A stretch of DNA of 64,000 nucleotides from Dehalococcoidia bacterium (GCA_965197645.1 OZ240219.1:2528001-2592000), one strand, 5' to 3'. Positions 17,687 to 28,713 are shown, counted from the stretch's first letter. Numbers and translations are program-made. Notes: generated by a model from the letters alone, not told the origin.

Positions 17687-18664
17687 ATGAGCGACATCCT
17701 CACCGGCACCCCTGCGGACCTCACCTACGCCCACGAGCTGGTGCGCCAGGCGTGGATGGTCGTCTGGGCCATAACAACCGGCGCCCTGGTGGTCATCCTC
17801 GGCTGGATGGGCCTGAGCTTCATCGTGAGCGAGCACCTGGGCCGCCAGCAGACGGGCTGGCGGGAGATGGTGCCCCGCCTCGTGCTCGGCCTCGTGGCCG
17901 CCGCATCGTCCCTGTGGTGGTGCGCCCTGGTCCTCGACGTGGCCGACGCCGTGTCAGGGTTCATAGCCGTCTCCCTGAACGTCACCCCCGGAGACCTGCT
18001 CAGGGCTCCCCTGGACACCTTCCTGAAAGCCGTCCAGGCCGGGAGCGTGGGCATGGCCCAGCTGCTCGCCCTGCTCTACCTGGTCTACGGCTTCTTCGTG
18101 CTCTACGTCATCGTCCAAATGGTGCTGCGCCTGGCCCTCATCGACATCCTGCTCGCCCTGGCCCCGATTGCGCTTGGGCTGTGGATTCTGCCCCACACGG
18201 CGGGCTGGGGCCGCCACTGGCTCAGGCTCTTCATGACGACGGTGTTCCAGCAGGCGGTGCAGCTCATCGCCCTGGCCCTGGGAATCGGGTTCCTCAACGA
18301 GTTCGCGTCGGTAGCCGCCTTCGAGCCGGTGCAGGACCTTATCTGGAAGCTGCTGATGTCTCTGGCCTTCGTCTACATGGCGACCCGGGTGCCCTCAATG
18401 ATGGGCAACGCCGGGACCTTCGACTCCTGGCTCTCGATGCTCTACTTCGGCATGAACCTGCCCGCTTCGATGATGCGCTCGGCGAAGACCATCGGCCTGA
18501 TGAGCGGGGCCGCGGGAGGGCCTGGAGGCATGGCCGTCGGAGCGATTGCGGCCAGCGCGGGGGTGTCGGCGGCAGCCAGCGGCCTCAGCTCGGCCGCTTC
18601 GATGGCGACCCCATCGGCAGGCGGAGACGGCGGCGGCGAAGCGCCCAGGAGCAGCGGCGAGTAA
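17687..18664 (+). CDS. VirB6/TrbL-like polytopic conjugation membrane protein
   Basis: Multiple TM helices, LRLALIDILLALAPIA..W.LP.T..W...W motif, G/A-rich tail. Confidence 0.75.
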   Translation: MSDILTGTPADLTYAHELVRQAWMVVWAITTGALVVILGWMGLSFIVSEHLGRQQTGWREMVPRLVLGLVAAASSLWWCALVLDVADAVSGFIAVSLNVTPGDLLRAPLDTFLKAVQAGSVGMAQLLALLYLVYGFFVLYVIVQMVLRLALIDILLALAPIALGLWILPHTAGWGRHWLRLFMTTVFQQAVQLIALALGIGFLNEFASVAAFEPVQDLIWKLLMSLAFVYMATRVPSMMGNAGTFDSWLSMLYFGMNLPASMMRSAKTIGLMSGAAGGPGGMAVGAIAASAGVSAAASGLSSAASMATPSAGGDGGGEAPRSSGE

Positions 18665-18802
18665 CCACGACAACCCACAGGCGCGAACGACAGAGCGCCG
18701 ACCAATACCACGACGGAGGGAAAGCGATGTGCAGCTAACGGAGCTTACGGACCCTGACAGATAGAGACGAGCGGAAGGCTCGAAACGAGAGAGGAGCAAG
18801 GA

Positions 18803-19111
18803 ATGGAAGACCTTACACAGACCATATCGAACCTGGTGGGCATCCTGCTGGGGATCGTGGGAGCGGTGGGCGTCGGCTTCTTCATCTACGGCGCGTACCT
18901 GTACCTGACGGCATCGGGAGCGCCCCATCAGATGGAGCGCGGCAAGAGCGCAATGATGACCGCCCTGGCGGGCATCGTCCTGGCCCTGGTCGCCTACGGC
19001 GTCGTGGAGCTGGTGATGAACGCCGTCGTGGACCCGGGAATCGACATCGACGACGCCCTACCCGAGCCGGAAGCGCCGGACGCCGGCGACGGCGGCGGCG
19101 ACAGCGGATAG
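18803..19111 (+). CDS. VirB2/TrbC-like pilin
   Basis: Two TM helices flanking YLTASGAP.QMERGK. Confidence 0.75.
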   Translation: MEDLTQTISNLVGILLGIVGAVGVGFFIYGAYLYLTASGAPHQMERGKSAMMTALAGIVLALVAYGVVELVMNAVVDPGIDIDDALPEPEAPDAGDGGGDSG

Positions 19112-19134
19112 ACGGACGCGAGGAGGAGAGACAC

Positions 19135-20850
19135 ATGAGAGAACACGAGGTACCAACTCACGTTCAGGCCGAGGACCGGGTGCTGCTGGGGTTCACCTTC
19201 CCGCAGGTCGTTGCGGTGGTGGCGGTGTGCGCCATCTCTTACGGCGCATACCGCTACGCCCCCGTCGGCCCGTCCGAGGTGCGCATGGCCCTGGCCGTCG
19301 TCCTCGGACTGGTCGGCGTGGCGATGGTGGTGGGGAAGATAGGGGGTCGGCGGCTGCCGTTGGTGGCCGCCGACCTTCTGAAGTACCGGCTGGGGGCGCG
19401 GGTCTACGCCGGGCCGGTGTCCCAGCTGGTGAGAGCCGAGCCGCCCGCGCCGGCGCAGCCGGTCAGGAGCGGCCCCGGCCCGCTGAGCCTGATGGCGAAA
19501 CGCGCCGGGCGCGGGTTGGGAAGGCTGCGCAAGAACAGGAAGACCCGCAAGAACAAAGAACGCCGCAACGGGCGGATGCGCTGGTTCGGCAAGCGCAGGG
19601 GGAAGGATGCCGGGAACAGGAGCGGCCAAGGGCATAAAGCCGAGACCTTGCAGAGCAGACGCAGGAAGCCCCGCATGGGCTGGATTCCGGTGGTGACCCT
19701 GGCCGTCCTCATGGCGGCTGTCGTGGCCGTTCCGCAGTCGGCCCTGGCCGACGACCACGAGCCCTGGCGGGACGAGATCGACTTCGATCTGACCGAGCCG
19801 GTGGAGGGACGCCGGATATTCGTCGAGGGGCTCACCGTCTCCGGCGACCGGGCCGCCGTCACCCTTCGGGCCGCCACCGCCCTGGACATCCGGGTCCGGG
19901 CATTCGGCGGGCCGGAGGGAAGCTGGCTGCGCTTCTGGGGCTCGGCAACGCTGGCCCAGGGGGAGCGCATCGACTACTCCCTTCCCCTCCACGGTCCCGC
20001 GCCGTCATTCACCGTGTCCTGGGAGGACACCCTGGGACAGGCCGGGGCGCTGACCTTCGAGGAAGCACAGCTTCCCTTCCCCCTGCCGGTCATGGAGGGG
20101 GAGTTGTGCGACCTGCGTATGACCTCCCTGGGCTGGACGCCCGGCGCGGTCAGCGGCGTGGTCGAATCGGAGTGCGTGACGCGCATCGAGCACCCGGTGG
20201 AGCTTCAGACGGTGGCCGGATACGAGAGCGTCACCCAGACGGCGCTCATGGACGCCCAGGTGACGGCCATCACAGGGACGGTCTCCGCCGCGACCGGCGC
20301 GTCCCATGAGAGCGTCCCCTTCGTCCCCGACGGAGAGACGCGGTTCACGCTGCCGGTGGGAGATGGGGCAGGCATTCACAACGTGACCGTGGACGCGAGC
20401 CTTGAGGCGAGCCTCCGCATCCCCATCCCCCCGCTGACCGTGCTCACCCACCACCCGGAGCGGACGGAGCAGGTCACCAGGACCGTGCACCTCCATCGCC
20501 CGGGGGACAGCGACTCCGACAGCCAGACGGCGACGGCCGCCTGCGAGGACGGCGCCACGGCGACCGCCACCGCGACGGCCTACGCCTACGTCCCCAGCGC
20601 CACCATCGCCAGGCAGGTGACGGTGGAGGTCCTGCACAAGGAGCACGTCAAGGCCGAGACGGTGGAGCGGTCGCCCGTCACGAGGACGAGGAGCGAAACG
20701 CTGTCTCTGGCGTCCGCCGTGGGATCGGACGACCCCTTCGCCGTCCTGGTCCTGCCCGAACCTGAGCCCGAGGACCCGCCCGCCGAGCAGGAGCCCGCCG
20801 ATGGGCTGCGCCAGTGGTTCGACCGGCTCGGATGGGAGTGGCCCTGGTGA
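19135..20850 (+). CDS. PrgI (VirB3-like) domain fused to large extracellular beta-rich domain
   Basis: N-terminal HEVPTHVQAEDRVLLGFTFPQ plus 2 TM; basic linker; third TM/signal-like segment; Thr/Val-rich C-terminus. Confidence 0.7.
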   Translation: MREHEVPTHVQAEDRVLLGFTFPQVVAVVAVCAISYGAYRYAPVGPSEVRMALAVVLGLVGVAMVVGKIGGRRLPLVAADLLKYRLGARVYAGPVSQLVRAEPPAPAQPVRSGPGPLSLMAKRAGRGLGRLRKNRKTRKNKERRNGRMRWFGKRRGKDAGNRSGQGHKAETLQSRRRKPRMGWIPVVTLAVLMAAVVAVPQSALADDHEPWRDEIDFDLTEPVEGRRIFVEGLTVSGDRAAVTLRAATALDIRVRAFGGPEGSWLRFWGSATLAQGERIDYSLPLHGPAPSFTVSWEDTLGQAGALTFEEAQLPFPLPVMEGELCDLRMTSLGWTPGAVSGVVESECVTRIEHPVELQTVAGYESVTQTALMDAQVTAITGTVSAATGASHESVPFVPDGETRFTLPVGDGAGIHNVTVDASLEASLRIPIPPLTVLTHHPERTEQVTRTVHLHRPGDSDSDSQTATAACEDGATATATATAYAYVPSATIARQVTVEVLHKEHVKAETVERSPVTRTRSETLSLASAVGSDDPFAVLVLPEPEPEDPPAEQEPADGLRQWFDRLGWEWPW

Positions 20851-21167
20851 GACGCGCCGCGACCCTGCTGCTGCTGACCGGCGCGGCCCTCGTGTTCACG
20901 GGGGCTGCGCCGGAGGAGCACGACACGATGCTGGAGCAGTTCGACCGCGTGCTCACGGCGATGGCCTACGCGGGCTCCGGCCTCGCTGTCTTCGCCATCG
21001 TCTGGGCCGGTTTCATCCTGATGGCCGAGGGAGGCGAGGAGCGCGGCGGGGGCAGGGCCAAGACCGCCGTCGTCATGGCGGTGGTCGGCCTCGTCCTGGT
21101 GCTGTCGGCCAAAGGCGTCGCCGCCCTGCTGAGCCACGGCGTCATCCCATCCTTCCCAACCCCATAG
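20847..21167 (+). CDS. Second VirB2/TrbC-like pilin
   Basis: GTGA overlap with upstream stop; signal plus two TM flanking GGGRAK. Confidence 0.65.
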   Translation: MRRAATLLLLTGAALVFTGAAPEEHDTMLEQFDRVLTAMAYAGSGLAVFAIVWAGFILMAEGGEERGGGRAKTAVVMAVVGLVLVLSAKGVAALLSHGVIPSFPTP

Positions 21168-21187
21168 AGAAAAGGAAACAAACCGAA

Positions 21188-23466
21188 TTGAAGAAGCTGC
21201 TTGAACGAATTACGAGGCGCGGAGCGGGAAGTACCCCGGACGGGGCCGTCGCTCCGCAGGAAATACCGGAGGGCGGACTCACCACGGAGCCAGCACCCGG
21301 TGGAACGACGGAGGCCCCTCCCAAACTCCCGCCCGAGCTGCCCCTGTTCTTCATGCTGTCCCACCTGGACGACGACGGTCCCGTCCGCCTGGACGGGGTG
21401 AAGCTGGGCGTCTGCGAGGTGATGGGCCTGGAGATCGACGAGCCGAAGCTCGGCGCATTCGCCGGGGCGCTCAACGCCCTGGACTTCCCCGCCCAACTGC
21501 TCATAAGGCAGCACCCGCCACGTCTGGCAGGGATGCGGGAGAAGCTGAAGGAGGCGCATCCGGAGAACCTTCCCCCGCAGACGAGGGCCGCCGCCGAGTC
21601 GCTTGGGCGCCTGTTGACGGACCTTGAGGCCCGCGACGGCATCCTCGACCGGCGCTTCTACGCCGTCTGTGAGGCGGCCCGCATCGACGACCTGCGCGGC
21701 CTGCTTTCACGGGCCGGGCTGTCCGTCCACGCCCTGAAGGGCCGCCAGCTTCGCATGTTCCTGGTGGCGGCAACACTCAGCGGCTCGCCCTCCGAGTTCG
21801 ACGAGGAGAGTCCCGTCGAGGTGGAGATAGGCCGCCGCGACGTGCGCGTCGGAGACCGCCTCGTGCGCTCCCTGCACCTGGGCAAGTGGCCCCGGTCGCT
21901 GGCCCCCGGCTTCCTGCAAGGACTCATGGCGGCGGGAGCTCCGATGGACCTGGCCGTCCACGTCGGCCCGATACCGGCGGAGCAGGCGGCCAGGACGCTT
22001 GAGTGGCAGAAGGTGCGCTTCGAGTCGGCCCAGTCTCTCTCCTTCAAGCGCGGCCGCACCATGTCCCCCGAGGCGGAGATCGCCCTGGAGGACATCACCC
22101 GGCTCAGGGACGAGGTGCAGCGCGGCAGGGAGAGGCTGTTTCATGCGTCCCTGTCCGTGACCCTTCACGCGAAGGACGAGGCGGCGCTCAAGGAGATGAC
22201 GCAGCGGGCCAAGGCCCACTTCGGCGCCACACTCGGCAAGCTCGACAACCTGGCCTTCCGCCAGCGCGAGGGCTGCTTTCGACCCTGCCCCTGGCCCTGA
22301 ACGCCGTGGCCGAGTGGCGCAGCCTGGACACCTCCAGCATCGCCCGGCTCTTTCCCTTCTCACCGCCCGACCTGGACACCCGCTCCGGCACCCTCTACGG
22401 CATCGACATGCGGGCCTGCTCCCCGGTGGTCTACGACCCCTGGGACGGAACGCACCTCAACGCCAACACAGCCGTCCTCGCACGGTCGGGAAGCGGCAAG
22501 AGCTTCGCCACCAAGCTCGGCGTTCTCAGGGGCTTGTGCCGGGGAGTGACCGCCTACGTCATCGACCCGGAGGGCGAGTATGCGGACATGGCCCGCGCAG
22601 CGGGAGGGCGCGTTCTCTCCCCCGGCGTGCCCGGCGAGGGCATGAACCCCTTTGTCATCGAGCGGGGCGACTCCGAAGAGATGCTCCAGCGCATCGGCAG
22701 CCTGCGCAGGCTCATCGAGGTGATGGTGGGCGAGAGCCTCGGCGCGGAGCGCCGGGCATCCCTCGACCACGCCCTTGCCGGCTACTACTCCCAGCCCCGC
22801 GAGCGCACCGGCTTCCGGGACTTCTACAAATACCTTCAGGAAGACGAATCTGGAGACCCCGGTCTCGCAAGGCTGCTACGTCCCTTCGCCACCGGCAGCC
22901 TGAGACACCTGCTCTCCGACGAGGGCGACGACCTGCTGGGCAGCGAGGCGCTGGTGACGGTCTTCGACCTGCGGTTGCTCGAACCGGAGCTCCGGCCCGC
23001 CGCCGCGATGGTCTGCACCGAGACGGTGTGGGCGGCGGCCGCCCAGGACCCCAAGCCGAGGCTGCTGGTCGTCGACGAGGTGTGGTCGATCATGCAGCAC
23101 CCCGAAGGAGCGGCCTTCATGGTCAGCATGGCGAAGCGGGCAAGGAAGCACCGCTTGGGACTCCAGTTCATAACCCAGGACGTGCAGGACCTCCTCTCCG
23201 AGGACACGTCGAGGACCATTACCGGCCACTCCGGTCGCGCCCTGCTTCAGAACGCCGCCTTCAAGCTCCTGCTCCAGCAGGACGCGGCGGCCATCAGCAC
23301 GGTCGGCGACGCCTTCGACCTGCCCGAAGACCTCCAACGCTGGCTCCTGTCCTGTCCCCGTGGAGACGGGTTGCTTCTCGCCAGGGGCAACCGCTTCCCC
23401 GTGCGCATCGAGGCGACGCCGGAGGAGACGGCGGTCATCGAGTGGCGGCCGGGCCAGCACAGGTAG
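21188..23466 (+). pseudogene. virB4: VirB4-like conjugation ATPase, frameshifted near 22271
   Basis: Frame 1 ends LAFRQREG, frame 2 continues GLLSTLP; Walker A ARSGSGKS, IDPEGEY, LLVVDEVW, KRARKH, ITQD; one base missing in GAGGGCTG. Confidence 0.85.
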
Positions 23467-23519
23467 GCAACGAAACGACGGACACATAGAGAGAGGCCCA
23501 TAGAGGAAGGAGTAGAGCA

Positions 23520-26042
23520 TTGAAGCTGAACCCGAAGAACCTGTTGTTTGGAGAAGATGGCGAGAAGAAAGGTCCCGTCCTGCTGGCGGTGACGCCGCCC
23601 CGCGCCGGGGAGCGCACCCTGCTGGGCGTGGAGAACATGCTCGGCTCCATCGCGGTGCCGGAGCCCTTCTCCCTGGAGCTGGCCGCCGACATGGACGGCG
23701 TGACCCTCTTGGCCCGCTGCCTCGACGACGAGGTGGTGAGAGGCCAGCTCTCCGCCCACTACCCCCAGGCCCGAATACAGAAGGTTGACCCGGACGACGA
23801 CCCCCTGCGCCTGGACGAGAGTGAGCGGGCGTGGAGCATGACCCTGCGGGCCGACGGCCCCGAGTACGTCCCCCTCAGAACATTCAGGGACGACGACCTG
23901 CTCGACCCCGGCTCCGACCCCCTCATCGCCCTGATGGGAGCGCTCTCGGCCCTGGAGGACGACGAGCGCGTGGTGGCGCGGCTGCTTCTGCGCTCCCTGG
24001 GACCCGACTGGTCCCAGCCTCATCTCGAAAAGGCCCACAAGAGGCCCGGCATGGAGCCGAGGGAACCCGCCTACACCTACCAGACCAAGCCGTTGCAGAT
24101 GGACGGCATCACGATGGCCGTGCTGGGCATCGGGGCGCTGGCGGCCCTGAAGGGCTACCTGTGGGTGCAGGACGGCGAGATATGGAAGGCCGCGCTCCTG
24201 GGAACCGGAACCGTACTGGGCCTGGCGGTCGGCGGCTGGGCGTTGTGGCGGTGGAAGAAGTCCCGCAAGCGCGTCGAGGACCCCATCCTGATACAGGAGA
24301 AGGTCTCCCGCATCGCCTTCGACGCCGAGCTACAGGTCACGGCGATCCTGCCGGAGACGACCCGGCCCCAGCGGGCCGCCGAGCTTCTCGGTCCGGTTGC
24401 CGCCGCCTACCGCCACTTCGACAACCCTGCCGGGGCGCGGTTCAAGGTCGGCGGGGTCCGGCCCATAACGCCGGACCCCGACATGCTCCATCCGTCAGGC
24501 CCCGGCCTGTTCGGAAGGCGCAGCGTCATGGGCGTCCGCGAGATCGCCTGCCTGTGGCACCCGCCCGGCGCGGGCGACGAGACGCCCCTGGTGGAGCGGT
24601 CCGGGGCGAGGGCGCTCCTGCCCTCTGCGAAGGGCGTCAGGGGAGGCGCGCTGGTGGGAGACACCACGGCGGGCAAGCCCCGGCCCATCCGCTTCCCCGA
24701 CGACCTGCTCCGCCGGCACCACCTCTACGTAGCCCGCACACGCATGGGCAAGTCCACCCTCATGCACCACCTCGTCGCCCACAAGATGAGGGAGAAGGCC
24801 GAGGGCAGGGACCCGGACGCCATCATCGTCATAGACCCCCACACCGACCTTGTGGCCGGGCTGATGGAGCACGTCCCGGAATCCCTGATAGACCGCGTTC
24901 GTCTGATAGACCTGTCCGACGAGACCCGCTCCCCCGGCATCAACCTGCTGGACACCCGCATCTTCGCAGACCGGGACCGCACCGCCGACTCGGTGGTGCG
25001 CGTCGCCAAGGGCCTGTGGGAGCAGTGGGGGCCGAGGATGCAGTCCATCCTCGAACAGACGGTGAAGACCCTGCACGAGGCCAACGAGCAGGTGGAGGCG
25101 GAGCGGCAGTACACCATCCTCGACGGGCTGCGCCTGCTGTCCAACGACCCCTTCCGCAACTCCGTGCTGAAGAAGGTCTCCGACCCCTATCTGCTTGAGT
25201 GGTGGGCCAGGGACTTCGGAAGCTGGCATCGCCAGTACCGCGCCGAGGCCCTGGCCCCCGTCCAGACCCGCCTCTCCTACTACGCATCGTCGAAGCGGGC
25301 CAGGGCCATCCTCGGCCAGCGCCGCTCCACCATCGACCTGCGAAAGACGATCCACGACGGCGGAGTCCTGCTTGTATCGACGTCGCAGGGCGTCGTCGGC
25401 AGGGACGTGGCCGCCCTGGTGGGCGCGTCCCTCCTCAACCTCGTGGATGCCGTGATACGGGAGCAGGGAAGCCTGCCCCTGAGCAAAAGACGCGGCGCTC
25501 TCGTGGTGGTGGACGAGATGCAGTCGATGCCCGGAGTGGACTACGAGTCGATGCTGAGCGAGCTGGGCAAGTTCGGGGCCAGCTTCGTGCTCGCCACCCA
25601 GAGCCTCGCCAAGCTGGACGACCTCTCCCCCACCATGCGCGACACCCTTCTCGCCAACGTCGGCTGCCTCGCCGTCTTCCAGGTGGCGGGGAACGACGCC
25701 CGGACGCTGGTCTGGGAGCTGGGCAAGGACCGGGTGACCGAGGACGACATCACGTCGCTGCCGGTCCATCACTGCTACGTCCGCGCCACCGTGGGCAAGG
25801 AGCGGATGCCCGCCTTCTCGATGATGGTCAGAAAGCCGGAGGAGGGTGAAGCCGACACCGCCGCCCGCATCCGCGCAGCGGCTGCCGCATACACCGTCCC
25901 GGCCCCGCAGATCGCCTACGGCGACGCCGAGGGCGACCTGAAGGTGGAGGAGTTCCGCAGGGGCGTCGACGAGCTTGGGAAGGACGGCGGACAACAGCAG
26001 CAGAAGCCGGAAGCCGGGGAAGCAGAGGAGGCTGAGGAATGA
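23520..26042 (+). CDS. Type IV coupling protein (VirD4/TraD-like)
   Basis: Two TM, HLYVARTRMGKST Walker A variant, IDPH.DL, VVVDEMQ, LATQSL. Confidence 0.85.
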   Translation: MKLNPKNLLFGEDGEKKGPVLLAVTPPRAGERTLLGVENMLGSIAVPEPFSLELAADMDGVTLLARCLDDEVVRGQLSAHYPQARIQKVDPDDDPLRLDESERAWSMTLRADGPEYVPLRTFRDDDLLDPGSDPLIALMGALSALEDDERVVARLLLRSLGPDWSQPHLEKAHKRPGMEPREPAYTYQTKPLQMDGITMAVLGIGALAALKGYLWVQDGEIWKAALLGTGTVLGLAVGGWALWRWKKSRKRVEDPILIQEKVSRIAFDAELQVTAILPETTRPQRAAELLGPVAAAYRHFDNPAGARFKVGGVRPITPDPDMLHPSGPGLFGRRSVMGVREIACLWHPPGAGDETPLVERSGARALLPSAKGVRGGALVGDTTAGKPRPIRFPDDLLRRHHLYVARTRMGKSTLMHHLVAHKMREKAEGRDPDAIIVIDPHTDLVAGLMEHVPESLIDRVRLIDLSDETRSPGINLLDTRIFADRDRTADSVVRVAKGLWEQWGPRMQSILEQTVKTLHEANEQVEAERQYTILDGLRLLSNDPFRNSVLKKVSDPYLLEWWARDFGSWHRQYRAEALAPVQTRLSYYASSKRARAILGQRRSTIDLRKTIHDGGVLLVSTSQGVVGRDVAALVGASLLNLVDAVIREQGSLPLSKRRGALVVVDEMQSMPGVDYESMLSELGKFGASFVLATQSLAKLDDLSPTMRDTLLANVGCLAVFQVAGNDARTLVWELGKDRVTEDDITSLPVHHCYVRATVGKERMPAFSMMVRKPEEGEADTAARIRAAAAAYTVPAPQIAYGDAEGDLKVEEFRRGVDELGKDGGQQQQKPEAGEAEEAEE

Positions 26043-27691
26043 AGCCCGAAGGATGTGAGGCCGACCTGCTCCGCGCGCTGTCGCGGATGCCCTTCCTCGA
26101 CCGGCTGGAGATGGTCGCCGTCTGCGGCTGGTCCAGGGGCGCGGTCTACGAGGCCATAGAGAGGCTGGAGTCCGGGGGGCTCTGCGCCTCCGTGCCCCAC
26201 GCCACGGGGCTGCTTCCCCCTTCCCGGAGGTTCCACCTCACCGCCGAGGGGCTGAGGCGGCTCGCCGCAGAGGAGGAGGTCTCCCTCGATGAACTGCTTC
26301 GCAGCCGCCCCGTCTCCGCCCAGTGGCGGCGCAGCCTGATGGAGCGCCTCGACGCCGTGGCATCCGTCTACGGCGTAGCCTCCAACGTCTCCGACATCGC
26401 GTTCCCCGTCCGGTTCCGCTGGTACCGCTCCATCCCCCTCGACGCCGCCATGACCCTTCCCGACGGGAGGACCGTCGGCATCGTCCGGCAGGGACTGACC
26501 GCCGACAGGTCGGGCTTCTCCCGGCGTCTCTGGGGGCTGCGCGACTGGCCGATTCCCGGAACGGTGCTGGCGCTCATGGCCGACGAGATGCGGCTCAGGC
26601 ACGCCCGAAGGCTCCTCTCCACCACCGACGTTCCGGCCCTGCTCGCCGTGGAACGCCTTGCGGTCCTGACGGGGGCGGGCGACCGGATATGGAGTCCGCC
26701 GAAGATCGGCGCCGAGATCGACCTGCGCTACGCCCTCGACCGGGTGGGGCCAGGGGGACAACTTCCAATAGAGCCGGAACCGCAGCGCGCCGACCCGCCC
26801 GCCGACTTCGCCGTCGAGGGTCCGGGATGGGACATCCCCGACCACATGCTGCCGGTCCTTCTCAAGCCCATAGAGAAGCGCGCCCTCGACCTCATCTCCG
26901 ACTGGCCCTGGATCGCCCTCAAGGAGATGGCCGGGCTGATGAACGTCTCGACCCAGAGGGTCTCCCACGGCGTCATCCCCCTCGAAGGCTTCGGCCTCGC
27001 GGCCCGGCCCCGGGAGGCGGGCGGACGCCTCGCCCTCACCGACCGGGGGCTGGCGCTCCTGGCCCGCAGGGACAGGACTTCCGTGGCCGTAGCGAGGAAG
27101 CGGTGGAGCGTCACCCTGGAGGATGCCGAAGGCCCCTTCGAGTGGCGCAACGTCACCGGCAGGCGGACCCGCCAGCTGCTCAGGAACATGGAGCACACCG
27201 CGGCCGCACACGGCTTCCTGGCCGCGCTCGCCGAGCAGGCCCCCCTGCTGGGGTGGGAGGTCGTCCAGCTCGACCCGCCCCGCAGGGCCTCCCGCCACTT
27301 CCGGCACGACGGCGGCATGCGCGCCGTCAACCCCGACGCCTTCGGCGTCCTCCGCAAGGACGATGCGACCTGGCCCTTCTTCCTGGAGTGGGAGCGACGC
27401 GCCGTGCGCCCCTCCACCATGTCCGACCGGCTGGCCCCCTATCTGCGCTACTACTCTTCTCACAGGCCCACCGACGACCACGGCACACGGCCCGCCGTCC
27501 TGGTCGTCTTCGACGACGAGATCGCACAGACCCACTTCCTGCGCGTGGCGCGGGAGGAGATGCGGGCCGAGGGGGTGACGGTGCCCCTGTTGGTGTCCCA
27601 CAGGCAGGCCATAGACGCCCTGGGGCCGATGGGACACGCATGGCGCACCCCCGCCGACCCGCAGTCCCCCCAGGCCCTGACGCCTCAATGA
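26039..27691 (+). CDS. Replication-relaxation (Replic_Relax-like) family protein, probable relaxase
   Basis: EHT...H, VNPDAFG, FFLEWER, LAPYLRY, PAVLVV motifs; ATGA overlap with coupling protein. Confidence 0.7.
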   Translation: MKPEGCEADLLRALSRMPFLDRLEMVAVCGWSRGAVYEAIERLESGGLCASVPHATGLLPPSRRFHLTAEGLRRLAAEEEVSLDELLRSRPVSAQWRRSLMERLDAVASVYGVASNVSDIAFPVRFRWYRSIPLDAAMTLPDGRTVGIVRQGLTADRSGFSRRLWGLRDWPIPGTVLALMADEMRLRHARRLLSTTDVPALLAVERLAVLTGAGDRIWSPPKIGAEIDLRYALDRVGPGGQLPIEPEPQRADPPADFAVEGPGWDIPDHMLPVLLKPIEKRALDLISDWPWIALKEMAGLMNVSTQRVSHGVIPLEGFGLAARPREAGGRLALTDRGLALLARRDRTSVAVARKRWSVTLEDAEGPFEWRNVTGRRTRQLLRNMEHTAAAHGFLAALAEQAPLLGWEVVQLDPPRRASRHFRHDGGMRAVNPDAFGVLRKDDATWPFFLEWERRAVRPSTMSDRLAPYLRYYSSHRPTDDHGTRPAVLVVFDDEIAQTHFLRVAREEMRAEGVTVPLLVSHRQAIDALGPMGHAWRTPADPQSPQALTPQ

Positions 27692-27712
27692 ACGACGAGG
27701 AATGAGAGACCC

Positions 27713-27994
27713 ATGCCTACACAAGATGCCCATAAGCGGGAAGGCCCCCGGAGGCGCGGAGGACGGACCGTTGTCCTGCTCGACGTGGCGGCCCTCTGGA
27801 AGCGGCTGGCACTGCTGAACCGCTCCCAGAACTGGCTCGCCAGGGAGATCGGGATAAGCCCCGGCTACGTGTCGAAGCTGGTCAACACGGGGCGCTCCCC
27901 CTCCGGTCGCATCCGCCGCCGGATGCTCAAGGCCCTGGAACTAACCGAGTTCGGAGACCTTTTCAGACTGGAGGATAGCGATGAACAACAGTAA
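27713..27994 (+). CDS. XRE-family HTH regulator
   Basis: NRSQNWLAREIGISPGYVSKLVNTGRSPS. Confidence 0.85.
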   Translation: MPTQDAHKREGPRRRGGRTVVLLDVAALWKRLALLNRSQNWLAREIGISPGYVSKLVNTGRSPSGRIRRRMLKALELTEFGDLFRLEDSDEQQ

Positions 27995-28307
27995 CGACCC
28001 GACCCGTTTCGACGGGCGCGACAACCCCGTAGCCGATGGGACCGAACCCCTGGACGGCGGCGTGCTGCCCGAGGACTTCGGTGAGCGCCTCGAGCAGCTC
28101 AAGGAGCTCAGCGGCCTCTCGTGGCGCGGCTTCGCCAAGGCCCTCGGCGTGGACCCCAAGCAGCTGCGCATGTGGCGCATGAAGGGCGTCGAGCCCTGCG
28201 GCGGAGCAATGCTCTCCATCTGCCGCTTCGCGTTCCGGATACCCGGCGGCCTGCCGGTCATCCTGGGCGAGGGCATCCAGATGACCTTGTTCGAGGAGGA
28301 GAGCTAG
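27981..28307 (+). CDS. XRE-family HTH regulator (paralog of 11489-11734)
   Basis: DFGERLEQLKELSGLSWRGFAKALGVD. Confidence 0.8.
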   Translation: MNNSNDPTRFDGRDNPVADGTEPLDGGVLPEDFGERLEQLKELSGLSWRGFAKALGVDPKQLRMWRMKGVEPCGGAMLSICRFAFRIPGGLPVILGEGIQMTLFEEES

Positions 28308-28476
28308 ACAACCGGCCCCGCCGGGCGCAGGGCGCGCATCGGCGGTACGGCGGGGCCTGAACCGGCTTGGAGGCCGTAGGCGCTCGCCCCTTCCGTCGGC
28401 GCCGGCGGCCCCCCGGCCGCACAACTTGCAACGAGAGGCCAGCGGCCCACAAGAGACTCCGCTGCGACCACGCACC

Positions 28477-28713
28477 ATGAAAGATCCCAGAAGAAACAAC
28501 GGACGAAAGAGGCCCGGAGAGCGGGAGCTTGAAGACGCCCTGGAGCGCTCCATGCCGTCCTACACCCCGGAACACCGCAGGGCCGTCCTGAAGGGGCTGC
28601 GCATCCTGGCCCGCGTCGCCATCCGCTCCTACATGGAGGAGCGGGCGTCCGCATCGCACCGAGCAGAAACCGGGGAGGATGGCGGCGAGGAAGAGGGTCA
28701 GCGTGGAGTGTAA
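28477..28713 (+). CDS. Small hypothetical protein
   Basis: Basic helix LKGLRILARVAIRSY; co-oriented with recombinase module. Confidence 0.55.
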   Translation: MKDPRRNNGRKRPGERELEDALERSMPSYTPEHRRAVLKGLRILARVAIRSYMEERASASHRAETGEDGGEEEGQRGV

